Of a stretch of 64,000 nt of DNA, positions 20,640 to 34,123 are shown in pieces; the stretch's first letter is position 1; every line of letters starts with the position of its first letter. The notes under the pieces were generated by a model, which did not search any database, was not told the origin of the DNA, and was given only the letters and a program-made list of their open reading frames with translations. The stretch is from the IMG/VR virus record IMGVR_UViG_3300045125_000071, positions 186,001 through 250,000 of that record, one strand, 5' to 3'. The translations under genes were made by a program, and so were the position numbers.

Positions 20640-21518
20640 ATTCAGATTTTGTTGTGTTATCTGATTTTGTTTCAACCGTTATTTTTGTTGCACCGCCCTC
20701 TCTCTCATAACTTCAAGACCAACATTTTCAATGCCTCTGCTCTTATAAACTTTCATTGCGGTGGCAACATCAATTGCTTGTCTTGTTTGTTCATCAAGGT
20801 CAAATGTAAGTGTGATGAAGTTTAATTTAACACCGAACGGTTCAAGAATTTTATTGCTCTCGACAAGTAATTTATCTTCCAAATCTGATTGGTCCAATTC
20901 AACAATATCTTCATCAACAAAAAGGCCTTTTGCAGCTTCTTTTATCCTTTTATCAATAACCATATTTTCAGCACCTTCAAAGTTGCTACCAATTGCAGCA
21001 TCATCATCAGCATCGCTATTGGCTTTACCCAAAAATTTTGCTTGTTTAATAAATGCAAGTGGTTCTGTTATTGAATAATCATAATCAATGTGAGTAACGG
21101 TTCTAACCTTGTCTTTTAGATTTGTAACGAACCTACTTTCACCTTGCATCGGAAAATTGGGGATTACAACTTTCATATAGCATGGGTTTACACCAGGCCT
21201 AGGAACAGCTTCGCCAGCATTAATTTTTGACCATGTTACACGCAGTCATCTGAAACAACAACTTGTTGATTTGATTTGGCGTAATAGCATCCTTGCAATG
21301 TGAATAGAAGACCAACAATTAGAAAGGTCCAAATTCTTTTGAGAACATCGAAACCATAATAAATAAAAAACACACCACCGAGTAGAAGAATCACGCCAAG
21401 TGAAAAAATTTGTTCTGAAATAATTCAAATCAAATAGTCTGTAGATGCCGAAAGCGATTAGAATTATAAAATTGATAACAGAAGTGCTGCAATTACTTTG
21501 TTGAATTTTTTCGCCATG
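20640..21518 (-). CDS. Membrane-anchored SPFH/band-7-like protein (frameshifted)
   Basis: Hydrophobic N-terminal fragments, followed by DYDYSITEPLAF...VIDKRIKEAA...NKILEPFGVKLNFIT. Confidence 0.4.
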
Positions 21519-22107
21519 ATGTTTAGTTTATGTTGTTAAAGATAAAAAACTTTTTGTTAAGAAAAAAATTATAGAACAAATATTTCTGATAATTCCTTGA
21601 GTTTTTTTTCAGAGTATGTTTGTTTGTTTATACATCAGACCGTATTCATCATGATATACTTCCAAAATGTTTGTTTTTTCCATTCTTTTATAACCAAAAA
21701 CAATAAAGCAATTATGAATATCTGAGGAAGCAATACCATTAAATAAAAAGATTTGGTTATCTTTTATATCAGAGAATTCGATTTGACGATATTTTTTATT
21801 TTGCAAAACGTAAAAAAAATTATTTTGCAAAAACTTCGACATTATGGGATATTTTATACGTCTATAAATTATCTTAGTCGTTAATTTTTTTCAAAATATC
21901 GTTACTGAGATACATTAACCAGGCAAAAATGGCTAGTGTTTGTAATGTTACTGCACTGGAGAAATCACCTTTGAATACGTTGTAGGTTATCCCGCCTATG
22001 CAGAACACATTAAAAGACATTAAAAGTCCCTTCACTAGTTTTCTTATTTTATCGATGTTCATATGCAAATTTGTTTTTAAATGTTTCTTTATATTTTTCA
22101 CCATCAT

Positions 22108-22547
22108 CTATTTCATCCAATTTAATCATGACATCCATTACCGCCATAAGACCATCGAACTGGTCTTCCATGATTTCTTTTTTCAGTTTTACGCCCATAT
22201 TCGATAAATTCTAATATTGTATTGTTTTCGAATGCAAATTCTATTTGTGCCAATTCTTGATGAGTATACCCTGTCAATTCTTTCAGCCTTGTACTATAAG
22301 ATAATAATTCACCATCAATAATTTTAGGTATTTCTTGATGTCCATGTGTCGTTATAAATAATTTTGACCAGAATGTGTTATTTCAGATTACACCGAAAAA
22401 AGAATCTTCATCGATTTTTATTTTGGCACCCATAGCATCTGCAACAATGTTTCCAACCGCACAAGCGGCACATGTTCCTTTTGCCAATGTGCCATTCATG
22501 AATGCGTTGTACAAAGCATTGTACGCCTTTTCGAATCTTTGGGTCAT
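22108..22547 (-). CDS. Conserved hypothetical protein with CAACAVGNI motif (frameshifted)
   Basis: MTQRFEKAYNALYNAFMNGTLAKGTCAACAVGNIVA...TGYTHQELAQIEFAF...DQFDGLMAVMDVM. Not called intact by the track. Confidence 0.55.
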
Positions 22548-22801
22548 GGTTATTGGTTTTGTTCTGAACCGTATGTTCTGTTGTAATAATCCTCGGAAGT
22601 TAATTGTTTGTCCTGGATGCTTCCGTTTATCATGGTAAAAATACCATCTTCTCTTGCTTTGATTATTTCTGCTTTTTCATCTGGAATGTAACATTCCACC
22701 ATCTCAACGCAATCTTGTGGAATATTCAATTTCAATTGGTTCTCTTTTAACCATTTTAGCAAATTAAAAAGCGGAGTGTTCATTTTGTTTGGTTTAGTTT
22801 G

Positions 22802-22885
22802 CGGAGAGGAAGGGAATCGAACCCCCAAAGCCATTACAGCCCAGCTGATTTCAAGTCAGTGTCCTCGTCCATTCGGACCCTCTCC
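22802..22885 (-). tRNA. tRNA-Ser(TGA)
   Basis: Acceptor stem GGAGAGG/CCTCTCC with discriminator G, anticodon loop CTTGAAA, long variable arm, GGTTCGATTCC T-arm; CCA not encoded. Confidence 0.92.
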
Positions 22886-23073
22886 ATATATAAATACTAC
22901 CTAATCCTATCCTCTTTGATTTTTGTGCTGCTGATTTGTTGGTAATGAAAATATTTTCTTTCGTTTTCCAAAAGCTGATAATATTCATCGAATGATATCA
23001 GTTGACCAGCGTCATAAGATTTACCATTCAAAGATTTGAACGATGTGTTGCACTTGTACATTTTTATTGATTT

Positions 23074-23109
23074 AAAAATGGGTGAGGGAAATTAATCCCC
23101 CACCCATTT
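23074..23109 (-). terminator. Rho-independent terminator after AAA ATPase
   Basis: AAATGGGTG...CACCCATTT stem with an inner GGGA/TCCC pair and a T-run. Confidence 0.65.
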
Positions 23110-23118
23110 GATTTTTGA

Positions 23119-24515
23119 TTAACCGTTTGCAATGGCCTTCACCGTGTTGCTAATTTGACCGAAGTAACCTTCGTCATGGAGCATAGCCTTGAAAGCATTC
23201 ACAAATTGACTATCCTTGCTTGCGGATGTATCTTTCGTCTTGGACAATTGTACCTGACGGAGATATGAATCGATGCAAACCTTAAAGTGTAGTGCCTTGA
23301 TAGTTTGCTCATCCCGCATAACCATATTACTCTTCACATTTTCAATGATTTCAGCCATGAAAGCGGGGGCAATATCGTTCTTTTCAATCATCTCATAAAT
23401 CGGGGTGAAGTCACCTTCAAGTTCGATTCCCTGGCAGAAATGATTGATATACTTTTCAGCGGTTTTCGCGTTGAAGAGCCCATCGAAATGATGCTACCAA
23501 TCCTCTTCACCGCGAAGGAAGGTCGGTTCAATCAGATTGATAGCTGATTGGTGGTGAACAGAGAAATCACATTCATGTTCTTGGTATCGCCACCATCAAG
23601 GGTGTTGAGAATGTCTTGCAGAGCAGCATCCCTGTCACCTCTGGTAACTTGATCAATATCCTCAACGAATACGATGATACCGTTGCCATTTTTGTCAAGC
23701 GTCTTGGACATTCTCAGCGTATCTGCGAGGAGTTTCGGACTCTTGAGGTAGATGAATGACCAACTATTCTTGATGGCTTCTTTTGCCAATTTGAAGGCGA
23801 GAAGGGTCTTGCCCGTACCATACGGTCCTTCGAGAATGCAACCAAATTTCAGGGAATACCATTTGGACACATTTCTGAGGATGAATGATTCTTGCTTTAA
23901 GTGGACTCAAAGCATATTCGGTTTCATCCGAAAGAATCATAACCTCCTTGTCAATGTTCGAAAGGTCGATGATTTCAGGTTGACCATGATTAACATTCTC
24001 ATTTATCTCAAAAGCCTGATTCCTGTAAATGGAATCGGTATTCAAGAGATAAATTGTCCTGTCGATAATTTGGTCAATCAGACCATTGAATCTGAACTGG
24101 CAAGTTCCCTGAACGTGGAGAGTTTTGGAATCAAGGTGATAACGGATATCAATTTTGGCATCCTCACCCATGTCTGGCAAGCTAATCTCTCCATAAGGAA
24201 TCTTTTTCCTCACACCGTTTGCGAGTAACATCAATCGTGTCGATGGGTTGGTTGCCAGATGATGGTGATGTTTTCTGCTCCTTTACAGTGGATACACCGA
24301 TTATTTCCTCGATGCTGCGATAGAGTTGGTAAACACCATCATTCAAAAAAACACGGGATTTTGTAGTTGAAATTTGTCATCCGCTTTGACATCTCTATCT
24401 CATTTTCGAGATAGGACAGAATCTGCGAATACGGCTTCTTTCCCTGTCCAAGACTTACTAATTCCGCTTTCTTTTCCTTGTCCCAGGTCTTTTGGGCTAA
24501 TGCAATTTGTTGCAT
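23119..24515 (-). CDS. AAA+ ATPase (several frameshifts)
   Basis: Walker A GPYGTGKT, Walker B VFVEDID, sensor-1 FTTN, then PTFLRGKRI. Confidence 0.82.
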
Positions 24516-24774
24516 ACTGTTCTGATTATTGATTTACATTGTTGGTGACTTAGTTCTAGACATCCGAATGATACCATATCATTACGGATTATCATCATCA
24601 TGTTTTGACTTAACCTGATTCTATCCATTCCCGATTCATAAGCTGCTTTTAGATTATCAAATAAGAACCTATTATCTTTATAAACCATTTCATTTGTAGT
24701 CTCATCGTACATGATTGGTAGTCCGTTCCTGCAATGGTCTAGTAGATACATCTGTGTCTTGTTTAATTGCTTGA

Positions 24775-24804
24775 CAAAAATAACAAGAATTTTTGAATAC
24801 CAAA
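24775..24804 (-). promoter_or_regulatory. Bacteroidota-type promoter
   Basis: TTTG-N18-TATTTTTG upstream of ORF 24497..24751. Confidence 0.55.
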
Positions 24805-25088
24805 AATTTTTTTTAAAATTCTTTTTCTTCGTCCTCGTCGTAGTTATCTTCTTTTATGACCTTTATGAAATCTATAATCACATAAACCATAAGTATAGCT
24901 ACAGCCAATCCAACGATTTTTATGAACATATTACAATTATTTTTTAATATTTTATATAAGGCTTATGTTTTGAATATTTGTTTAACGATGTATTAAACTT
25001 CCTCATTCCAAAACCAACTATATGCATTTTGGGATTGCAGTTAGTTGCAAATATAATTATCGTGAATATTATCAATAATTTATATATG

Positions 25089-25529
25089 TTACCACATATT
25101 TGCGCAAGTAAGTTTTTTACCATCATAATCTATTTGAATTTGTTCAAATACTCTATCGACAGTATTCTTATAGTGTTGTTCTACAGTATATCTATCGTGA
25201 AAACTTCTCAATCCATGAATTACGGTTGTGTGGTCTCTATTTGCTACGATTTTCCCAATGTCTTGCAGACTTAATCCACATCTCAATTTAAATGCCGCAA
25301 AACATATATATCTCGCATCAACTATATTTTGTTTTCTAGATTTGGAAAGTATATCTTCCACTGTAACATCACACTCGTTAGCAACAATTTGAAGAATTTC
25401 GTTCTGTGTTATTTTTAAGGGTTTTGTTGCTTTTTTAGGGGTAACTTCTTTTGCGTATGTTTCCATAATTTCTTGATAATGAACACCAACAAATATATAT
25501 GGGTGTACTATCTGACGTTCTTTAGGCAT
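25089..25529 (-). CDS. Stand-alone DnaA C-terminal (domain IV) DNA-binding protein
   Basis: ILQIVANECDVTVEDILSKSRKQNIVDAR...SLQDIGKIVANRDHTTVIHG. Confidence 0.85.
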   Translation of the reverse strand: MPKERQIVHPYIFVGVHYQEIMETYAKEVTPKKATKPLKITQNEILQIVANECDVTVEDILSKSRKQNIVDARYICFAAFKLRCGLSLQDIGKIVANRDHTTVIHGLRSFHDRYTVEQHYKNTVDRVFEQIQIDYDGKKLTCANMW

Positions 25530-25624
25530 TTGGTTTTAAATTAATATCCCCAAATATATAACATTCTATTGAATAAATAAGAAATAACGGAAAAATTAAA
25601 AATTCTAAAAAAACGGGATAATTG

Positions 25625-25861
25625 TTACTTTTTACCTAAAATTTCACCTGTTTGTGTATTAATCGCATAAACAGTACCATCTTTATCTTGTGTTAAAAGA
25701 AACCTAAAGGTGCGTCTGGATTTACAACTTCTGAATTTGAAGTAGCGTCATCACCTATTTCGTCAGTATCGATTTCTTCATAAGTATCCATTGATTCTTT
25801 CAACAATATTCTTAACGATAACCTCAATATCTTTCTGTTTGATTTTAACAACTTTTGACAT
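25625..25861 (-). CDS. Small putative late/virion protein (frameshifted)
   Basis: MSKVVKIKQKDIEVIVKNIV..., preceded by TATTTAT; ends ...QDKDGTVYAINTQTGEILGKK. Confidence 0.45.
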
Positions 25862-25889
25862 ATAATCTTTTTATATAAATATTGGAAAA

Positions 25890-26440
25890 TTAGAAATAGT
25901 GTTTATTTAAATCGAAATACGGTAACGAATTATCTTTATCTGAAATTATAGCTTCTGAAGAATCAACACCCCAATTTATATTCAATGATGGGTCGTTGTA
26001 TTTTAAACCAGAATCGAATTCTGGTTTAAAAAAGTTATCTACTTTGTATTGTACAAAAGCTTGTTCTGATAAAACAGAAAATCCGTGTGCAAAACCTTTT
26101 GGTATGTATATAATCTTATTATCAGTTAATTCCACAGACATGTGCTTACCAAATGTTGGTTGATGAATTTCTCAAATCAACTATCACGTCGATTATTGTG
26201 CCATAAACACATCTGACAAGTTTTGCTTGTGCATATTTTTCCAACACTGGAAATGTAATCCTCTGATTACATTTTTTTTGAAAATGATTCATTGTCTTGT
26301 ATGAATTCGACATTGTAACCAAGAAGAGAACTGAATTCATTTTGATTATATGTTGTTGAAAAATGACCTCTGAAATCTCTGAAAACATCGAAGGCATATA
26401 ATTCAACACCAACAAGTATGGTTCCCTTATAATTTTCCAT
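25890..26440 (-). CDS. rmlC: dTDP-4-dehydrorhamnose 3,5-epimerase (frameshifted)
   Basis: FRDFRGHF, QDNESFS, RGLHFQ, QAKLVRCVYGTIIDVIVDLR, YIPKGFAHGF, YNDPSLNINW, ISDKD. Confidence 0.9.
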
Positions 26441-27036
26441 AGGTCAGATTAATCTTCATTATATTCAGCTATCTCCCATGAAAATTTACGCTTACCATAT
26501 AGTTGATAAACATGATTATTTTCTTTCCAATCTTTTGCTGAGATATTTTTAATCTCTTTGAGGTATTCTTTTGCTTCCTTTAGATTGTTAAATACTTTTG
26601 GTGTGTATCTTTCATCTTTTGGTTTATTAATCTCCCAAAATTTCCACCAAATGTCTGTTCTTGAAGATGATTCTTCGGCTAAGTACATTTCCATTTCGGG
26701 GTCGTGATTGAAATCCCTGATTACGTACTTCTTTTTCCATTTTTTTTGATTTTTAGATTTCGATATAGATTGGGGTTTTTTCGCCGACGTAAGCTGACCA
26801 AGTGTTGTATTCAAGATATTCGACAGAATCTTCAAATGTCATATCCTGTGTCTTTACAAGAATATCAATCATTTTATTTCTATCATAAACTAAAACCATT
26901 GTATCTGGTTCAACACCAATAATGGCATCATCAAACCCATCCGCCTTTAGAAATTCTTCGTCTGGGTATAAGTCTAAAATTTCATCAAATGTCACTAAAA
27001 TTCTTTGATATATGATAATATAGGAAAAATTTTTTG

Positions 27037-27072
27037 AAAAAAAAATCCCGACATGAAAGTCGGGATTTTTTT
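27037..27072. terminator. Bidirectional intrinsic terminator
   Basis: AAAAAAATCCCGAC-ATGAAA-GTCGGGATTTTTTT perfect inverted repeat. Confidence 0.8.
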
Positions 27073-27117
27073 ATCACTTTAAGTGCCTGGATTTTATTTC
27101 ATCCAGTATTCTTTTAA

Positions 27118-29250
27118 CTAAAAATTAGTCTCTTCTAAATTACCAAATGTTTTTTGTGAGATGTCAATACCAACCAACGCTTGCTGTGGGTCGATTGCTT
27201 TGACTTTATCCATAAAGTCATATATCACTTGTTCGAGACCTTCTCTAACAGGTAACAAATCAATAATAGTTGTTACTGTATAATGTACCTTATCTTTATC
27301 TGGTAATTGGTTGAATTCTTCAGCCGATATTACTTGTCCTTCTGGTACTGACATACCTTGGCTACTGGTATATTTTCTTTGAGATATGAATGTACTATCT
27401 AAATTCATATTTTCATCAAGACCAACCTCTACGGTACTTTCAATAACCGAACCATTATAAACATCATTGATAAATTCAGGGGATAAATTATAATCTTTAA
27501 AATCTACTTTACCACCAAAAACTTCATCATTTTCGTACCGTATTGTAATTTCATTTTAAGATTCATCACGAATTTATTGTTTTCCTTTTTCCCAAACAAT
27601 GTCCATAACTGTGATAATGTTGTAGATGGGTTTGGTTTCTGATAACCATATCTATCCAAAGAATATATTGGTGATGTACCTTCCCATCTTGTAATAGTTT
27701 TATCATCAGATGTTTCTTCAGGATTAAGTTCAAATTGCGCACCCTTATCAAGGTTCCAGTTACTATAAATTTTGTTAAATCTTCTGGCTACATAGTACAT
27801 ATTGGTTCCAAGATAGTTTAACGCCCACTTGTTACCGCTTTTTTGACCGACAACATCATCAATATTTATTGTTAACCTATTTCTTTTATTATCATAAGCA
27901 ACAATATGACCTTTAATATAGTTGTTTTTACCCAAACCAAATCCAATTTTATTATCAAACAACTCTAATACAACTGGCGCGTTTTCTTTTCTTGGACCAT
28001 CATATCTAACATCAACGTCTAATCTTATGGTGTCACCAATTTTTAATTCTTTTAAATTAAGAAAAGTTTCTATAATACGAAAATCGTATTTTTTACCTTG
28101 TGCTCTTGCTAAAATTTTGGTTAAGAAATCATCATCACTATCAAAACTTACATAATTTAAACCTTGATATAAGATAGTATTATTTGATAATTCACCTATA
28201 TGATTATTGAGGAATTTTCTAGAAAATATAATCGGTGGTATGCTTCTACTCGTAAAAAGATTATAATATTCTTTACCGTCTTCAAATTTTTCAGTCATTA
28301 AATCATTTATCTTTGTCTTAATCATTTCTGAAACCGAAGCTTTATTTCCAGTAACTTTTGCTGCACTTCTTACAGCAACATCTTTTGAATATTTTTCAAT
28401 ATCGATAGGTGTTGTTGGTGTTACAATATTAAGTTTACCTTTTGGTTGGTCAGTTGGTCTAATATTTTTTTGTAGTTCGCCGCCAACTCTTCTCTGGCAA
28501 CGAATAAATATGGGGTTTAATTTATGATACCTCTGGATTAATTTTAACCAATCAATATTATTTTTTATAAACTCATCAACATTTTCACATGTCAATGGAA
28601 TAACCATAAATTCTTCACCCTCAACCTTATTTGGATTTAAAATCCAATAATCTGGTTCTGGCGTTTTTCTGAATTTTTTTCCACATAGGGGCGGCTGCAA
28701 CAATATCGCGACGAGTTATGAATGCCCCATAATTTGGGTTTTAATCTTATTACCCTCAGGGTCTTCTATATATTTTCGATAATCTCTAGCTGGTTCTGCA
28801 CCATGTTCTTTATATCCAAGATATTTTCTTAATGTTCTTTGATATGGTAAAAGATGGCTCACATCCCTGGATTCAATTTCAGGAAAATATCTATTGTGAT
28901 TGGGATTTCTTGTCAATGGTGTAAAAGTTTGACCATTTGGTTTTTTTACTTCGACTGGTGGCGCATCCCCCAGCAATTATAAAAATTCTTTTGTTCGGTT
29001 GCTGGGTCCAATGCGGAATAATCTTTGAAAGATAAAATGGTTCCTTTTTTATTGTTTGACCATTGGATGTTGTAAAATCAATTTCTGCTTTCCATTTCCC
29101 ACCTCTCAAATCTTCATCATAATTCACAATGTCTCTATAACAATCACGAGGTTTTCTTGGTGTTGTGGCTTGTCTGGTCAACGCTTCATCTACCTCATTT
29201 TGTGCTTCAATAATTAAATTAATTATTTGTAATTTGTCTTTTTTTAGCAT
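27118..29250 (-). CDS. Large hypothetical, probably late/virion protein (ORFs 28891, 28716, 27504 and 27118 likely one gene)
   Basis: Contiguous same-strand fragments, TATTTAT upstream, N-terminal IINLIIEAQNEVDEA segment. Confidence 0.45.
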
Positions 29251-29506
29251 TATAAAAATATTTTCCTACTCATTATTATTATCATAAATATTATGATTTT
29301 CCGAATTATCATCTGGTATTTCGGGATTCCTTAGTTTATATTCATAACAACTTTTACAAAATTGCCCAACACCTTCGACATAACCATACCGATAATATAT
29401 ATCGGTTTCAAAATCATAATTGGTTTCGCGACCGCACATAACGCATTTGTCCTTTGCCATAAAATATGTTTTATGCAATATAAACAATTTCGGAATAAAA
29501 AAATTT

Positions 29507-31068
29507 TTATGATAAATTAGAACCAATAAATTTTTCTATTTTCCTACCACTTTGAGCTATTAGACTGTTCCCGCTATTCTTTCTCCTCTCAATCATCAAC
29601 TCGGCTAGTGTTTCAGGGTCCGTTGTTCCAGATTCCACCAAACTATTCATCGTTTTAGCAAATCTTTGAAACCAGCCAGGCCCATTGTATGTGCATATAT
29701 AAAATTAAATGTTAATTTTGGACTCGTACTGATTATTGATTTGGACTCATCGGATAAATAATTATTACTATTTTTAATATATTCATTTTTAATCATATCT
29801 GTGGCTAATTTTTGAAGTTTCGGTCTATAATTGCCACCCATATAATTGTAATTCCAATTTTTTCTAGCATTTAGCGAATCTAATATTGCAAAAAATTCTC
29901 TACCTTCTGCGTATCTTTTTCCCAATCACCAGTTTTTCTATCAATACCAAACATTGTTTCACCAGAACCACCATATCTGCCATCTTTAATTCTCCCATCC
30001 GTTAACATATCTGGATGGTAATAACCACCTTCTAATTTTTCGATGATGATATTCATCATACCATCAAAATCACCAGCAGATAACCCTTGAGTGAACCTGA
30101 AACTTTTGAAGTTTCAACATATCGTTTTAAATCATCGGATGTTATATTTTCTGATTTCAATTTTTCATACAATAAATCAACCATACTTTGTGTAACAACA
30201 GATAGATTACTACCCGTATTTGAAAAACCACTTAATTCAGCATCTGACGCTCCAGACCTATTTGATACATGTAGATGATTGTAATGATTACCACCAATAT
30301 TTGTCTGCCATAAAACAGCTTTGTCGTTTCCAGATTCCTTATTCCAGGTGTAACCAAGGGCAACCAAAGCATCCTTCAATCTAAATCCTAATTCCTAAAT
30401 TTTGGATTACCGTTTGATTGATTAGTTGCACCACCCGAACCAACACCATCAAGAATCGCAATATCAACCGCAGTTTGTGACATGTGACGACTTACTCTAT
30501 TTGAATTAGACACACTATGCTGATGCCCAGATTTTGCGGTAGTTATAGTTACAACTATACCAGCAGCCTCAGCCGCTTTCTGTAAATCATCCAACAAAGC
30601 TTTATTAACAGAATCATATTGTGTAGCATCATTATCAAACTTAACATTTGAATATGAAGTATCGGCTAATTGAATCATTTCAAGTTCATTCAATATCCTA
30701 AACAATTTTGATTCACTTAAAGGTTCATTTTGATTTAAATCATTATCTTTTTTAAATTTTTCAACCGCTTTTGCGGTTTCTGGACCAAATAAACCATCAA
30801 CACCGAATCTTGGTAATTGATAACCGAGAAGAATCAACGCTATCTGTATAGTTTCAACATCTTTCTGAAAATTCATACTACCTCTTTGTTGTTGAGAAAG
30901 AGGTGTTTTAATGTTCTTTAGATTATCAAAAAATTTGGTCACATCATCTGTGACCAATTCAGCTTTTTCGGCTTGCTCCCTAATTGTGTTTAATTTGGAT
31001 TTAACATCCTTTTCACCGTAGATAAGTGAATATATTCTAAATATCTGTTCGTTGAATTGTCTCCCCAT
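29507..31068 (-). CDS. Multi-domain peptidoglycan hydrolase: PG-binding + M15-like Zn peptidase + GH108-like lysozyme (frameshifted)
   Basis: IQIALILLGY..GVDGLFGPETAKAVEKF; SRHMSQTAVDI and HYNHLHVS; LEGGYYHPD...GSGETMFGID. Confidence 0.72.
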
Positions 31069-31081
31069 GTTTAATAAATAG

Positions 31082-31804
31082 TCAGTCGTATAAATAAAAC
31101 TCTCTAAATTTTTTATTAAAATTTTCGATATATTTTCTCAATGTACTATTTTTTAACTTATCTGGTAATCCCGTCGATAAATAAGCCTGAATCTCATCAT
31201 CGATTATTTTCTTATTCTGTGAATAACCAATTTCTGTTAAATAATTCTTTGCGAATTGATATGTTTTCTTGTCTATTTTTTTTAATAATGTATTGATATC
31301 TTTTCTATATTCTGAGTTTATATAGTATAATCCATGTGCTATCTCATGTCTGGTCATTAAAGTGTTAATGTCATCAACACCTATAAGATAATATTTTTCA
31401 TTTAAACTATGTTCTTCACATTTTTCTATAATTTCTCTCATTAATAAATTATATTCATCAATTTGTCTTTCAAATACTTTATATGATTTTTGTAAACTAT
31501 CAGATGGTATATTATAACCGCCCCAATCAAGATGATACCTAAAAACATTCTTTTTTGTTTTAATCATGTAGTGTTTAACAAAATATTCCAAACTGAATTC
31601 TTTACCTCTGAATTCTTTATATGGTGATTCGTAAAATTCTTGATATCTACAAAATAACATTGCGCGGTCATAATCATTTTCGATTACGACCGCGTAAATA
31701 CCTGGAGCGACTATCTGAAGATACCCCTTTACAAGGGTTGTTTTGAAACTATGTATTAGTGGTTTTTTTACCACATGTTTTTTTATTCTTTTCCACCATG
31801 GCAT
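31082..31804 (-). CDS. HExxH-motif putative metallopeptidase
   Basis: RHEIAHGLYY with downstream DEIQAY. Confidence 0.5.
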   Translation of the reverse strand: MPWWKRIKKHVVKKPLIHSFKTTLVKGYLQIVAPGIYAVVIENDYDRAMLFCRYQEFYESPYKEFRGKEFSLEYFVKHYMIKTKKNVFRYHLDWGGYNIPSDSLQKSYKVFERQIDEYNLLMREIIEKCEEHSLNEKYYLIGVDDINTLMTRHEIAHGLYYINSEYRKDINTLLKKIDKKTYQFAKNYLTEIGYSQNKKIIDDEIQAYLSTGLPDKLKNSTLRKYIENFNKKFREFYLYD

Positions 31805-32374
31805 TTTTTTTGGTGGTAGTGGTTTTGGAAAATGTTATGTGTGAATGTGACTTTATTTAGATACTTGGTTGTGAGCATATTCAAAAATATCTCTCGATAC
31901 TCTTCTGGTATCTGAACCATATCCGCAGTCACATCAACTTCTAGGCTGACTTCACCCTGCTCAGTGTAAATTGTAAATAACTCTTTAAGTTTCACAACAC
32001 ATGATGCTTGCATTAACAAATAAGAAGAGCCTAAAGCAAGTTCTGTTTTTTCATCATTCGATTTCATTCATTATTTTTTTATAGAGTTCTGGATTCTCCC
32101 TTTCTACCACTCCCCCATCATAACTTCGTACCTACTTAATTGAATATCCCATACAAATATTTCTGTTTAATACTATCAACCTCACGTTTACAACGAACAT
32201 TCTCTAAATAGACTTGTGATGTTTTTTCCATTGTCTTATTGGAGAGCTTCATCACAAAGATTATCGAAAAAATATTGACGATTAATACAACAATCAAAAA
32301 AATTTTTAATTTATCCATAAATCAAATTTAACTAAAACTTTTAAATAAAAAAGTGTGGTTTGGAATATTTTTTA

Positions 32375-34086
32375 TTAAAAAAAGACATCTTCCACATAAG
32401 TCTCTGATTTTACGCGAGTTGTCTCGATTACGTTTAGTGAATTTTTTATAGCCAAAATTCGAGTTATATTAGTCAAATCTGTGATTGCGGTTAAAAAATG
32501 GTCTGGTGGATTTTGATTACAAAAATATCTTGATTGTAAAAGTTTCCCCGTTTTTACATCATGTTCACAAGTAACCCTGTCTTTACTTTTTGTATCTCTT
32601 ATAGATACTATTATTGAAGTTTCTTTATCAAAATATCCAGCAACACAATGATGCATATGGGAACCTTCATCAATGTATTCCAATTCAGTTGTCAACAATT
32701 TAAAATTAAATCTATACTCTGTATTTGTTTCCTGGTCAAAATAAGTTTTATTACTATCAATTGCTTTTATAGTATCATCATAAAATCTTTTAATACCATA
32801 ATATTGTTTTTTAATTTGTAATAGTAATCGTGCAAAAGATAAATGTTCATTATGAAACTCATCATAATTGTTAAATCTAAACCTCACATTAATATTGTAT
32901 TCAATTAATTTATTTAATTGGTCTATATGGTCAACTAATAAATTTAATTTATTAATAGTTAATGTAAGAGAATCACAAATAAATTCTGGTTCTCGTAAAA
33001 GTTTAATTACTTTCCTTTTATCGTGTTCAGAAAGATTATATTTCTCAATTCTTCTAAAAATGTGAGAAATACCAACTAATTCACCATTTGCCGAATTTTG
33101 AAAATCTTCGAGTCTAAATTTAGGTATTTCAATATTATTCAAATAATGACCGCTATTATCACCCATAATTTTAACTATATAGGTCAAAAAATGATATTCA
33201 AATCTGGCTTTTCATTGAATATTTTGATTGTTTTTTTTGATTTAATTCCGAATTTATCAAGAATCGCAACCAGAAGTTTTCTATCACTCTTTTTAAGATG
33301 TTTTTCAGTTGGATAAAAATGTCGAATCAACCAGCTTGGTGTATTGTTAGCTATTTTAATTTTTTTAAACTTAATGAAAGTATCTATTATGTTATCGTAA
33401 AATGATTTGTTAGATTTTTCATCAATACCTAATTCATCTAAAAAAATATACATGAAATTTTGAATATCATTGAAATCATCAAAAGCATCTCTTAATTTTT
33501 GATTTGCTAAAATATCAAGACCAAATTTTGTTAACAAACTACTCTGATATATCACACGATGTAATAAATTGAAATTGTTCACTCTAAAGGTTTTGGATTC
33601 ACCTTTATTATGTTTATTTAAAATGCTGATATGTATATTACCTGTTTTTGTATTGATAGTGATTGAATTTATGTTGGTTGTATATTTAAAAACATATCGT
33701 TGTAATCCCTGGATTTAGTATGATGAAAAATTTTAATGGTCAATTTATCACCATTCCTGATAATTTTTCTCTCAATATAATGTGTTATAATTGAAACAAA
33801 AGGTTTTCCATAATATTTTTTTATTTTATCATCTTCATTTGTCCATATCGTTTTATTTACACGTTCAAAATACCCATGATGATATACCCCATTCTGGTTA
33901 TTATGAAAAAATTTTGTTGTTCTATTTTTATATTTTGGTGGAATGTTTAAATTAACAAAAAGAATTACCTATTGAACCAAAAATATCTGATTCATTTTCG
34001 TAAAGGTGTTTTTTACTTATTTGGCAATAGTTTTTCACCATAGTAATAGATGCATAATTAATTTTCTTACAATACAAAATTTCCAT
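32375..34086 (-). CDS. PcfJ-domain protein (frameshifted; ORFs 32375, 33184 and upstream fragments)
   Basis: EGSHMHHCVAGY...IVSIRD...RVTCE...QSRYFCNQNP. Confidence 0.7.
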
Positions 34087-34123
34087 GTTAAAATTTTTTG
34101 TTAGGATATTTATAAAAAAAATT

